From the NCBI GenBank assembly GCA_023146045.1, contig JAGLCW010000105.1, positions 6,506-70,505 of the forward strand: a stretch of 64,000 bases of DNA, given 5' to 3'. Position 1 is the stretch's first letter; each line of letters starts with the position of its first letter. Below the pieces are notes generated by a model. It did not search any database. It had not been told where the DNA came from and worked only from the letters and a program-made list of their open reading frames with translations. The translations under genes were made by a program, and so were the position numbers. Origin of the DNA: Caldisericia bacterium (lineage in GTDB: Bacteria; Caldisericota; Caldisericia; UBA6126). Below are positions 18,088-26,085 of the stretch, piece by piece.

Positions 18088-19494
18088 TTAAAGAATGATT
18101 TTCTTTTTTAATGGAGTTGGATTCTTTCCACCTAAACAAGCAATACAAAGTTGATCAATTGGGATTCTTAGACATTCTGGAAGTTTTTCTACCGTCATGT
18201 ATGTTACTGAATCTGCTCCAATTTTTTCTGCAACTTCTCTTGAATCCTCTGTTTTATTAGAAATTAGTTCTTCTTTGGTTGGAAAGTTTACTCCGAAGTG
18301 ACACGGGTTTATTAGTGGCGGGCATGTAGAAAATAGGTGAACTTCTTTTGCTCCACGCTTTCTCAATTTCAAAATAATACCTTTGGATGTTGTTCCTCTT
18401 ACTATTGAATCATCAACAAGGAATACTATTTTATCTTTAACGACAGATTCAATTGCTCTAACATTTGTAGCAATCTCGTGTTGTCTAATAGTTTCGCTAG
18501 GTTTAATAAAAATACGACCAATGAATCTGTTTTTTTCTAAAACATCTTTGTATCCGCAACCAATTCTTTCTGCAAAAACAACAGTAGCCGGGCGTGATGT
18601 TTCTGGTACTGGAGCAACAATAATTTTTTCTGTACAGGATTTTAACCTTTCATGCAAAGGACTTTCTAGGTAGATGTCTGAAAGACGTTTGCCCAGATTA
18701 CCTCTTGCACGGTTGACACTAATTCCTTCAATAATTGAAGTTGCTCTTGAAAAGTAAACCCATTCAAACATGCAGTGCCTTGGTGCTTCAGGCTGAATTA
18801 GTCTGAAATCTGTGTTTAACTCATTGTCTATAAAAACTGCTTCGCCTGGCTTAATGTCACCGATTTCATCAACAATGTTTTCTATTGCAACGCTTTCAGA
18901 AGAAAATGCCCAACAGTTTTTGCCTTTTCCATAAACTAAGGGGCGTATTCCGTGTGGATCACGGAATACAAATAATCCTTTTCCTCTAATTACAGCAATG
19001 ACAGAATAAGAACCAAGCAGTATCTTCATTACTTTTTCTACAGCATCGAAACATTTTTCTTGTGTTGATTCTTTTGCGGATTTATTGAAGTAATATGTAA
19101 ATGTTTTAAGAATAGTTTCTGCATCGCAATCAGAATCGCAGTATATTCTTTTATCCTTAAGAGCTTCCCGAATATCAGAATCATTAACTATATGACCATT
19201 ATGAGCAAGACCAATTCCACCAGTTGAATCGTAGAATGGTTGTGCATCATGCTTACCTTTTGTTGTTGGGTATCTTACTTGTGCTACTCCTGTTGAACCA
19301 ACTAAATCTTTTAAATTTTCATGGTTAAACACTTCAGCTACTCTTCCGGAACCTTTTATTAGATGAATGGATACTTCGTCGTCTGTGAATATACCTGCTG
19401 TGTCTTGTCCCCTATGTTGAAGATCAAGTAGCCCGTTGTATAAATCAAAACCAACATTTTTATCACGAGCAATGATTCCAATAACTCCACACAT
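18088..19494 (-). CDS. purF: Amidophosphoribosyltransferase
   Basis: The N-terminus (MCGVIGII...) carries the Ntn-amidotransferase catalytic Cys. The PRTase motif (VFLVDDSIVRGTT) and a C-terminal Cys cluster for the Fe-S site are present. Confidence 0.9.
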   Translation of the reverse strand: MCGVIGIIARDKNVGFDLYNGLLDLQHRGQDTAGIFTDDEVSIHLIKGSGRVAEVFNHENLKDLVGSTGVAQVRYPTTKGKHDAQPFYDSTGGIGLAHNGHIVNDSDIREALKDKRIYCDSDCDAETILKTFTYYFNKSAKESTQEKCFDAVEKVMKILLGSYSVIAVIRGKGLFVFRDPHGIRPLVYGKGKNCWAFSSESVAIENIVDEIGDIKPGEAVFIDNELNTDFRLIQPEAPRHCMFEWVYFSRATSIIEGISVNRARGNLGKRLSDIYLESPLHERLKSCTEKIIVAPVPETSRPATVVFAERIGCGYKDVLEKNRFIGRIFIKPSETIRQHEIATNVRAIESVVKDKIVFLVDDSIVRGTTSKGIILKLRKRGAKEVHLFSTCPPLINPCHFGVNFPTKEELISNKTEDSREVAEKIGADSVTYMTVEKLPECLRIPIDQLCIACLGGKNPTPLKKKIIL

Positions 19495-19642
19495 ATTTTA
19501 TCATCCTTTCGAAATTCATTATCCTGTTATAGAATAGTAAAATTTGAATATAAAAAAACCGTTTTGTTTAAAAATGTATGGAAAAACCAATTTACTTATT
19601 TGGATAAAATGAGTATTAGAATATTATTTTATATTTTGAATA

Positions 19643-19672
19643 TAAAAAAAAGACTACTTAAAAAGTAGCCTA
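19643..19672 (-). terminator. Putative rho-independent terminator downstream of the tRNA cluster
   Basis: On the minus strand: ggctactttttaagtagtct hairpin followed by a TTTTTTTT run, immediately 3' of the last tRNA. Short AT-rich stem. Confidence 0.4.
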
Positions 19673-19687
19673 TTGTTGTTTGAAATA

Positions 19688-19764
19688 TGGCGGGATCGAG
19701 GAGATTCGAACTCCCGGTCTCCAGCGTGACAGGCTGGCGTGTTAAACCGCTACACCACGACCCC
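19688..19764 (-). tRNA. tRNA-Asp (anticodon GUC), CCA encoded
   Basis: Reverse complement: GGGGTCGTGGTGTAGCGGTTAACACGCCAGCCTGTCACGCTGGAGACCGGGAGTTCGAATCTCCTCGATCCCGCCA. Cloverleaf with anticodon loop CTGTCAC. Confidence 0.85.
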
Positions 19765-19817
19765 ATTAAGTTAAGTAAATATAGCACGCATACGCAAATA
19801 AGGATGGCAAAAAAAAA

Positions 19818-19890
19818 TGCCGAGAGATGGAATCGAACCATCGACACATGGATTTTCAGTCCATTGCTCTACCGACTGAGCTATCTCGGC
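19818..19890 (-). tRNA. tRNA-Phe (anticodon GAA), CCA not encoded
   Basis: Reverse complement: GCCGAGATAGCTCAGTCGGTAGAGCAATGGACTGAAAATCCATGTGTCGATGGTTCGATTCCATCTCTCGGCA. Anticodon loop CTGAAAA. Followed by a T-run. Confidence 0.85.
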
Positions 19891-19907
19891 ATGTTGAGGG
19901 AAAAATA

Positions 19908-19981
19908 CGGGATCGAGGAGATTCGAACTCCCGGTCTCCAGCGTGACAGGCTGGCGTGTTAAACCGCTACACCACGACCCC
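19908..19981 (-). tRNA. tRNA-Asp (anticodon GUC), second copy, CCA not encoded
   Basis: Body identical to the first tRNA-Asp, but the 3' end reads ...CGATCCCG then TAT, with no CCA. Confidence 0.85.
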
Positions 19982-19988
19982 ATGTAAA

Positions 19989-20063
19989 TGGTGGGCGAAG
20001 CAGGATTTGAACCTGCGACTTCCTCGGTGTAAGCGAGGCGTTCTGCCGCTGAACTATCCGCCC
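19989..20063 (-). tRNA. tRNA-Val (anticodon UAC), CCA encoded
   Basis: Reverse complement: GGGCGGATAGTTCAGCGGCAGAACGCCTCGCTTACACCGAGGAAGTCGCAGGTTCAAATCCTGCTTCGCCCACCA. Anticodon loop CTTACAC. Confidence 0.85.
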
Positions 20064-20069
20064 TTATTC

Positions 20070-20151
20070 TGCCGAGAGTGGGACTCGAACCCACAAGGAT
20101 CTCTCCACACGCCCCTCAAGCGTGCGCGTCTACCAATTTCGCCACCTCGGC
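20070..20151 (-). tRNA. tRNA-Leu (anticodon GAG), long variable arm
   Basis: Reverse complement: GCCGAGGTGGCGAAATTGGTAGACGCGCACGCTTGAGGGGCGTGTGGAGAGATCCTTGTGGGTTCGAGTCCCACTCTCGGCA. Anticodon loop TTGAGGG. Type II tRNA. Confidence 0.8.
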
Positions 20152-20188
20152 GTATGCTCTATATTCAGTTTTCAAGGTTACTTGCTAA

Positions 20189-20431
20189 TTAAGCTGTTTT
20201 TAAGACTGCTAGGACTAATGTTGAAAGTCCGAACAAAATTCCAGACCAAAGGATAAGTTTATCTAAAAAAAGATCAAGAGGTCTTCTAGATTTGTATACA
20301 GTCGCATTGCCAGAAATTGCACCAAGTCCAGAAGCTTTTGGTGATTGGAGCAAATAACTAATCGTAATGCTCGCAGATGAAATGAATACCAAGACAGTAA
20401 CGATTGTTCTAATTGTATTTACGTTTTCCAT
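20189..20431 (-). CDS. secG: Preprotein translocase subunit SecG
   Basis: 80 aa. Two TM helices flank YLLQSPKASGLGAISGNATVYKSRRPLD, the SecG-like LLQ..G.GLG...G loop. Lies immediately upstream of the tRNA cluster on the same strand. Confidence 0.55.
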   Translation of the reverse strand: MENVNTIRTIVTVLVFISSASITISYLLQSPKASGLGAISGNATVYKSRRPLDLFLDKLILWSGILFGLSTLVLAVLKTA

Positions 20432-20620
20432 AAGCCACTTGCCTTTCTGTAAATTCAGTTTTGAAAAATCTAAGCATAATAATAACTAATTTAAATCAAA
20501 ACCGTTGCAAAAATATATTACTGATTTTAAAATGAATTGCAAGACGGAACTTTGAAAAGTCCGTACATTATTTATAGTGTATTTTTAAAATACCCGATAC
20601 CAGAAAGGATTGGAGCATTT

Positions 20621-21220
20621 ATGAAAAGCAAAAGTTTGAAAAATGACGTTAGAAAAATTACTTTAGGCGGTGTTTTAATTGCCATTACGCTTGTTCTAGG
20701 TTTTACGGGATGGGGGTTTATTCCGTTGCCATTGCCTATTGCTGGTGCAACAATATTTCATATTCCCGTAGTATTGGCAGGAATCTTATTTGGTCTGGAT
20801 ATGGCATTGATTTGTGGGTTGATATTTGGACTTTTTGCTACGTTTACTTTCCCAGTGTTTCCATGGTTCGTTATGATACCGGGAAGATTATTTATCGGAG
20901 TTACTGCATATTTTGTTTTCATAGGCATGATGAAGTTGTATAAAGCTCCAATAGCGGTAAGTAATTTGATAATGGCAGCTACTCTAGCTGGAGTGCTCGG
21001 ATCTCTTACTAATTCGGTACTTACTTTAGGATTAGGAGTGGTTTTTAGAGTTTTTGGACCAGAATTATCAGCAAACATGGCTGTTGTTTTTTCTGCCATA
21101 CCTGTTGTGGTCATAGAGGCTGTTATTGCAGCGATACTATGCTCAGCAATTGTTGTAGCTCTTCACCCTCTTGGATATATTGAAACCATATCACAAAACA
21201 CAAAAAAAGCTGAACTGTAG
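20621..21220 (+). CDS. ECF-transporter substrate-specific (S) component-like membrane protein, possibly a pantothenate/vitamin S-component
   Basis: Start chosen at the ATG at 20621 (GGAG RBS), not the track's 20537. About 6 TM helices. The N-terminus (ITLGGVLIAITLVLGF...IPLP) resembles ECF S components. Directly upstream of coaX. Confidence 0.5.
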   Translation: MKSKSLKNDVRKITLGGVLIAITLVLGFTGWGFIPLPLPIAGATIFHIPVVLAGILFGLDMALICGLIFGLFATFTFPVFPWFVMIPGRLFIGVTAYFVFIGMMKLYKAPIAVSNLIMAATLAGVLGSLTNSVLTLGLGVVFRVFGPELSANMAVVFSAIPVVVIEAVIAAILCSAIVVALHPLGYIETISQNTKKAEL

Positions 21221-21257
21221 TTTATTTCATTAGTTAATAGTTGAAGAAGGATGAATT

Positions 21258-22031
21258 ATGGTTTTAACCATTGACGTAGGTAACACGAACATCAAATTTG
21301 GATTTGCTGAAAATAGGAAAATCGTTAACTTTTTTAAGATGGCTACCGATCGAGGAAGAACTAGCGACGAGTACATGATTTTTCTTGAAATGTTTTGCAA
21401 AATAAGCAACATATCTTTTTCAAGAATAACTGACATTGTTATATGCTCAGTTGTTCCACCGCTAAATCCAATATTTGAATCACTAACAAATAGGTATTTC
21501 AATGTAAAACCATTATTTATACAACCAGGGATAAAAACTGGTTTAATAATAAATGCTGAGAATCCAAAAGAAGTAGGTGCTGATATAATTGCTGGAGCTG
21601 CTGGAGCAGTGTCTCTTGGTAAACTACCTGCAATTGTTATTAGCTTTGGAACGGCAACAGTTTTTACGGCTATTTCTTCAAAAAAAGAACTTTTGGGAGT
21701 TTCAATAGCTCCTGGAATTATACGTTCTGCGGAATCTTTATTCATGCATACTTCTAAACTCCCAAGAATTGAAATCAAAAAACCACTTAGATTCCTTGGA
21801 AGAAACACACGTGAATCTATTCAATCTGGTGTATTTTATGGATTTCAAGGGCTTGTAGAAAACATGATAAATGGCATAAAACAGGAGATTGATGAATCTC
21901 CTGTTTATGTTATTGTGTGTGGCGGTTTATGTAAAGAAATTGCTGGAGAAGTTCCAGAAATCGATATTATTGATCCAATACTTAATCTGAAGGGACTTCT
22001 TTCAATATATGAAAAAAACTTGGAAAATTAG
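21258..22031 (+). CDS. coaX: Type III pantothenate kinase
   Basis: MVLTIDVGNTNIKFGF is the CoaX/Bvg accessory factor ASKHA N-terminal signature. 257 aa. Confidence 0.85.
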   Translation: MVLTIDVGNTNIKFGFAENRKIVNFFKMATDRGRTSDEYMIFLEMFCKISNISFSRITDIVICSVVPPLNPIFESLTNRYFNVKPLFIQPGIKTGLIINAENPKEVGADIIAGAAGAVSLGKLPAIVISFGTATVFTAISSKKELLGVSIAPGIIRSAESLFMHTSKLPRIEIKKPLRFLGRNTRESIQSGVFYGFQGLVENMINGIKQEIDESPVYVIVCGGLCKEIAGEVPEIDIIDPILNLKGLLSIYEKNLEN

Positions 22032-23004
22032 ATCAATTGAATTTGAAAACAACTTAGTTCTTGCACCAATGGCTGGTTACACCGATGCTCCTTTTAGAAA
22101 AATATGTAGAAAATTTGGTGCTGGGCTTGTTGTTACAGAGTTAATTACAAGCCTAGGTATGTGCTTTAAAAATGAAAAAACTATGAGTATGCTAAAATTC
22201 TACCCAGAAGAACACCCTGTTTCTTTACAAATATTTGGATCACGTCCTGATAAAATGGCAGAAGCTGCTAGAGCTGGGCAAGATTGTGGATACGACATTA
22301 TCGATATTAATATGGGTTGCCCAGCACCAAAAATCGCTAGAAGTGGTAGTGGTGGAGAATTATTATCTGATATAACTAAACTACCTGAACTTTTTAGAGC
22401 AGTAGTAAATGCCGTAGATATACCTGTTACAGTAAAAACAAGAGTAGGGTATAGGCATAACGTACCTTTAGCTTCAATTGTTGCTAAAATGGCAGAAGAT
22501 GAAGGTATTGCGGCTATAGCGATACATGGCGCTAGTGTAAAGCAAAATTCAAAAGGAAGTAGAGATTGGGATGAAATTGCTAAAACAAAACAAACGGTCT
22601 CAATTCCAGTATGTGCAAATGGAGGAGTTAAAAAACCTTCAGATGCACTTGAAATATTATCATATACTAATGCTGATGCTGTTATGATAGGAAGAGCCTG
22701 TCTAGGTAAACCGTGGTTTTTTAAAGATATTTTAGACATATATAACGGAGAAGATCCTCAAATTGTTGATTTAAGAAAGCAATCTTCAAAAATTATTTTT
22801 GACACTTTATTTGAGCATATTCAGTTGGAAATTGAATACAAAGGTGAGAATAGAGCCATTAGGGAGATGAGGAGACCTATACACGATTATGTCAGAGGAT
22901 TACCAAAATCTGGAAACATTAGGGATAAAATTAACAAAACAAAGAACAAAGATGAGCTATTTAGAATTTTACGGGATTATCAAAGCACCTTTTTTCAAGT
23001 ATAA
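22009..23004 (+). CDS. dus: tRNA-dihydrouridine synthase (DusB-like)
   Basis: LAPMAGYTDAPFRKICRKFGAGLVVTE, DINMGCPAPK and the catalytic Cys loop are present. 331 aa. Confidence 0.85.
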   Translation: MKKTWKIRSIEFENNLVLAPMAGYTDAPFRKICRKFGAGLVVTELITSLGMCFKNEKTMSMLKFYPEEHPVSLQIFGSRPDKMAEAARAGQDCGYDIIDINMGCPAPKIARSGSGGELLSDITKLPELFRAVVNAVDIPVTVKTRVGYRHNVPLASIVAKMAEDEGIAAIAIHGASVKQNSKGSRDWDEIAKTKQTVSIPVCANGGVKKPSDALEILSYTNADAVMIGRACLGKPWFFKDILDIYNGEDPQIVDLRKQSSKIIFDTLFEHIQLEIEYKGENRAIREMRRPIHDYVRGLPKSGNIRDKINKTKNKDELFRILRDYQSTFFQV

Positions 23005-23045
23005 TATTTAGTTGGTAAAAAACTTTAAAAAGAATTAGGTACATA

Positions 23046-23957
23046 ATGAAAAAAGTTCTAAGTTTGAGTATGGGTTCACCGAAACGAAACCATACTGCGG
23101 AAGTTGAATTATTCGGCGAGAGCTTTACCGTAGAAAGAATTGGAACAGATGGAGATAACAAAAAGCTGAAATACCTTTTTGAAAAATATGATGGATCAGT
23201 TGATGCATTCGGTTTAGGCGGTTTTGATCTTTGGGTTAATTACGGAGAAAAACGGTATAAATTTAGAGAGGCAGCAAAGGCAATTAAAAATGTAAAAAAA
23301 ACACCAGTTGCAGATGGAGCAAGTGTAAAAAAAACATTAGAAGTAATGGCTGTTAAATATCTTGTTTCAAATAAAATTATTGATCCAAATCAAGTTGTTA
23401 TGATTCCTTCTGCTTGTTCAAGATATCACATGTATAAAGCATTCAAAGAGGAAGGGTTTAAGGTGAGATGGGGCGATATAGCTTTTGGTCTTGGGATTGG
23501 TAGCGATGCAATGGATAGCGAAAAGTTCATGGACTTCATAGCATATACAACATGGCCACTATTAGTAAAAGTTCCATTTAAATGGCTTTATCCTGTTAGT
23601 AATCAAGATGTTATTGTACCAAAATACAAAAAAGCATATGACAGTGCTGACATTATTGCTGGTGATTTTCACTTTATATATAAACATTTACCAGAGAGAA
23701 TTGATGGAAAAATAATAATTACTAACACATTAACTAATGATGAGATAGATGTATTAAAACAAAAAGGAGCGAAATTAGTAATTTCAGTTACTCCTGAATT
23801 CAATGGAAGATCTTTTGGTACAAACGTTGTAGAAGCTTGTGTATGTGCTCATTTTAACAGAAAACCAGAAGAAATTAGTTTGCAAGAATTTACAGATTTA
23901 TTTAAAAAATATGATATTAAGCCCAGAATTATTGATTTATCGCAAAAAGGAGATTAG
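23046..23957 (+). CDS. Conserved hypothetical protein
   Basis: 303 aa. LSLSMGSPKRNHTAEVELFGESFTVERIGTDGDNKKLKYLFEKYDGSVDAFGLGGFDL... is a recurring conserved-hypothetical pattern. Function unknown. Confidence 0.45.
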   Translation: MKKVLSLSMGSPKRNHTAEVELFGESFTVERIGTDGDNKKLKYLFEKYDGSVDAFGLGGFDLWVNYGEKRYKFREAAKAIKNVKKTPVADGASVKKTLEVMAVKYLVSNKIIDPNQVVMIPSACSRYHMYKAFKEEGFKVRWGDIAFGLGIGSDAMDSEKFMDFIAYTTWPLLVKVPFKWLYPVSNQDVIVPKYKKAYDSADIIAGDFHFIYKHLPERIDGKIIITNTLTNDEIDVLKQKGAKLVISVTPEFNGRSFGTNVVEACVCAHFNRKPEEISLQEFTDLFKKYDIKPRIIDLSQKGD

Positions 23958-23959
23958 CA

Positions 23960-24622
23960 ATGGCAACAAAAAAAACATCTAAAGAAATAGAAATGAAAAA
24001 AGCTGACACAAAAAGTGAAAACTCAAAAAAAGTGACTACAAAAAAAACTTCAGTTAAAAAGACAACGAAAAAAACAAAAACCACCAGTAAAAATTTCAAA
24101 AGTGTTAATTTAGCTAGTGACTCCAAAGAGAAACATAGTGATATAATCAAGTTAACAGTCAGAGGACTTGAAATTCTTAAAAGTGAGCTTAAAGAGCTAA
24201 AAACAGTGAAGAGATCTGAAATCTCTGAAAGAATTCGCCAAGCAAGAGCATTGGGTGATTTAAGTGAAAATTCTGAATACGAAGATGCAAAAAGAGAACA
24301 GGCTGTTGTTGAAGCAAGAATATCAGAACTTGAAAATATGTTAAGAAAATCTGTAATTGTCGATGAAAATAGGGATGACGACGATAACATGACAGTACGA
24401 ATGGGACATAGTGTTCAAATAGAGAGTATTGATAAAAAAGAAAAACAAACATACACCATAGTTAGTGTTCTTGAGTCAGATCCATTTGTAAATCTAATTT
24501 CTAATGATTCTCCTTTGGGAAGTGCGCTTATTGGACATCAAGTTGGAAATGTAATAAGAGTTGTATTGCCCAATGGTGATGCAAGATATAGAATACTTGA
24601 TATTCAACATAAGGAGAACTAA
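23960..24622 (+). CDS. greA: Transcription elongation factor GreA with ~60-aa lysine-rich N-terminal extension
   Basis: The C-terminal 160 aa match GreA (LTVRGLEILKSELKELK...EISERIRQARALGDLSENSEYEDAKREQAVVEARISELENML...). The N-terminus MATKKTSKEIEMKKADTKSENSKKVTTKKTSVKKTTKKTKTTSKNFK is K/T-rich and low complexity. Confidence 0.8.
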   Translation: MATKKTSKEIEMKKADTKSENSKKVTTKKTSVKKTTKKTKTTSKNFKSVNLASDSKEKHSDIIKLTVRGLEILKSELKELKTVKRSEISERIRQARALGDLSENSEYEDAKREQAVVEARISELENMLRKSVIVDENRDDDDNMTVRMGHSVQIESIDKKEKQTYTIVSVLESDPFVNLISNDSPLGSALIGHQVGNVIRVVLPNGDARYRILDIQHKEN

Positions 24623-26085
24623 TGTCTGATCAGAATATTTTCGATAAAGAAACGTTTGAACTACTTTCTTCATTGAAAGATGATGGTATTATTGCATACC
24701 CGCTTAAATATTTCCCAACGCATAAAGCAAAAGAAGTTTTAGAAGATTTTGAAGGATTCAACGAAAAAACAGTTTCGATTGCAGGAAGAATTGTAACAAA
24801 AAGGTTACATGGGAAAGCTGGATTTGCCAATTTGTTATCCGATGGAGAGAAAATCCAAATTTATTTTAGAAAAGACAATCTCGATGAAGATACTTTTCAT
24901 TTAATCAAAAAAAGAATCAACGTAGGAGATATTATTGGAATTCAAGGTGAGGTTTTTAAAACACACACAGGAGAAATAACTGTTAGTGTAAAAAAATGCG
25001 AATTGCTTTCAAAGGCACTTGCACCACTACCAGAAAAATTTCATGGAATAGAAAACGTAGAGGTTAGATACAGGCAAAGATATCTAGATCTAATAATGAA
25101 TGCTGAAGTAAGAAAAGCTTTTAAAATCAGATCAGCTATCATTAGATCTGTTCGAGAAACTCTTAATGAGGAAGGGTACATGGAGGTAGAAACTCCGACA
25201 TTGCAAGATATTTATGGAGGAGCTTTAGCACGACCTTTTTCTACTCATCATAATGCTCTTGGGCAAGATTTCTTTTTGAGAATTGCTCCAGAACTTTACC
25301 TGAAAAGATTAATTATTGGAGGATTTGAAAAAATATTTGAAATCGGCAAAGCATACAGAAATGAAGGAATTTCGGTAAATCATAACCCAGAGTTTACACT
25401 AATGGAGCTATATGAAGCATACGGGAATTTTGAAACGATGATGGATATTTCTGAAAGATTGATTTCTGATATACGAGATAAGGTTGTTAAATCAGATACA
25501 ATTGAATATAGAGGCAACACAATAGACTTAACAACACCTTTCAGAAGAATTTCACTTGCTGATGCTTTTAAAGAGTATGCAAATATTGACATAAACGACC
25601 TGAAAGATGAGACTTTTGCAAAAGAGTATTTGAAAAAAGAAAATATTAGAATCGACAAGAAATTTTCTTGGTCAAATGCGGTTGATGAAATATTGAAGAA
25701 AAAAGTAGAGCCCAATTTAATAAATCCAACTTTTTTGTATGAATATCCTCTTCCACTTTCTCCACTAGCTAAAAAAGTATCACCTGAATCTGAATGGGTA
25801 GAACGTTTTCAATTAGTAATTGGTACACTTGAAGTTGGGAATGCTTTTACAGAATTAAATGATCCTGTAGATCAGCAAGAGCGTTTCGCTGGACAGTCAA
25901 AAGCAAAAGAAGCTGGCGACGAAGAGGCTCATGCCTATGACCGTTCATACATAGAAGCAATGAAATTCGGACTCCCTCCAACTGGAGGTTTAGGTTTTGG
26001 AATCGATAGAATTGTTATGATAATGACAGGTAGTGATTCAATAAGAGACGTTCTATTATTTCCACAGATGAGGAGGAGAGACTAA
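24622..26085 (+). CDS. lysS: Lysine--tRNA ligase (class II)
   Basis: Class II motifs are present (FLRIAPELYLKRLIIGGFEKIFEIGKAYRNEGIS, FTLMELYEAY, GGLGFGIDRIVMI). The start overlaps the greA stop (TAATG). Confidence 0.9.
   Translation: MSDQNIFDKETFELLSSLKDDGIIAYPLKYFPTHKAKEVLEDFEGFNEKTVSIAGRIVTKRLHGKAGFANLLSDGEKIQIYFRKDNLDEDTFHLIKKRINVGDIIGIQGEVFKTHTGEITVSVKKCELLSKALAPLPEKFHGIENVEVRYRQRYLDLIMNAEVRKAFKIRSAIIRSVRETLNEEGYMEVETPTLQDIYGGALARPFSTHHNALGQDFFLRIAPELYLKRLIIGGFEKIFEIGKAYRNEGISVNHNPEFTLMELYEAYGNFETMMDISERLISDIRDKVVKSDTIEYRGNTIDLTTPFRRISLADAFKEYANIDINDLKDETFAKEYLKKENIRIDKKFSWSNAVDEILKKKVEPNLINPTFLYEYPLPLSPLAKKVSPESEWVERFQLVIGTLEVGNAFTELNDPVDQQERFAGQSKAKEAGDEEAHAYDRSYIEAMKFGLPPTGGLGFGIDRIVMIMTGSDSIRDVLLFPQMRRRD

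Noticed and set aside
19495-19640. Possible purine riboswitch upstream of purF (minus strand).
   Set aside because: Reading the reverse complement, I found no match to the conserved purine-aptamer junction sequences. The region looks like plain AT-rich promoter DNA.
19629-20192. Track ORFs 19629..19847, 19687..19962, 19771..20094 and 19956..20192, which overlap the tRNA cluster.
   Set aside because: They are read-through translations of tRNA genes on either strand. The region is fully explained by five tRNAs with canonical cloverleaf sequences.
20537-20620. N-terminal extension (MQDGTLKSPYIIYSVFLKYPIPERIGAF) of the ECF S-component-like ORF.
   Set aside because: The downstream ATG at 20621 has a GGAG RBS and begins a typical K-rich cytoplasmic N-terminus followed by TM1. 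The extension lacks an RBS and covers the putative leader hairpin.
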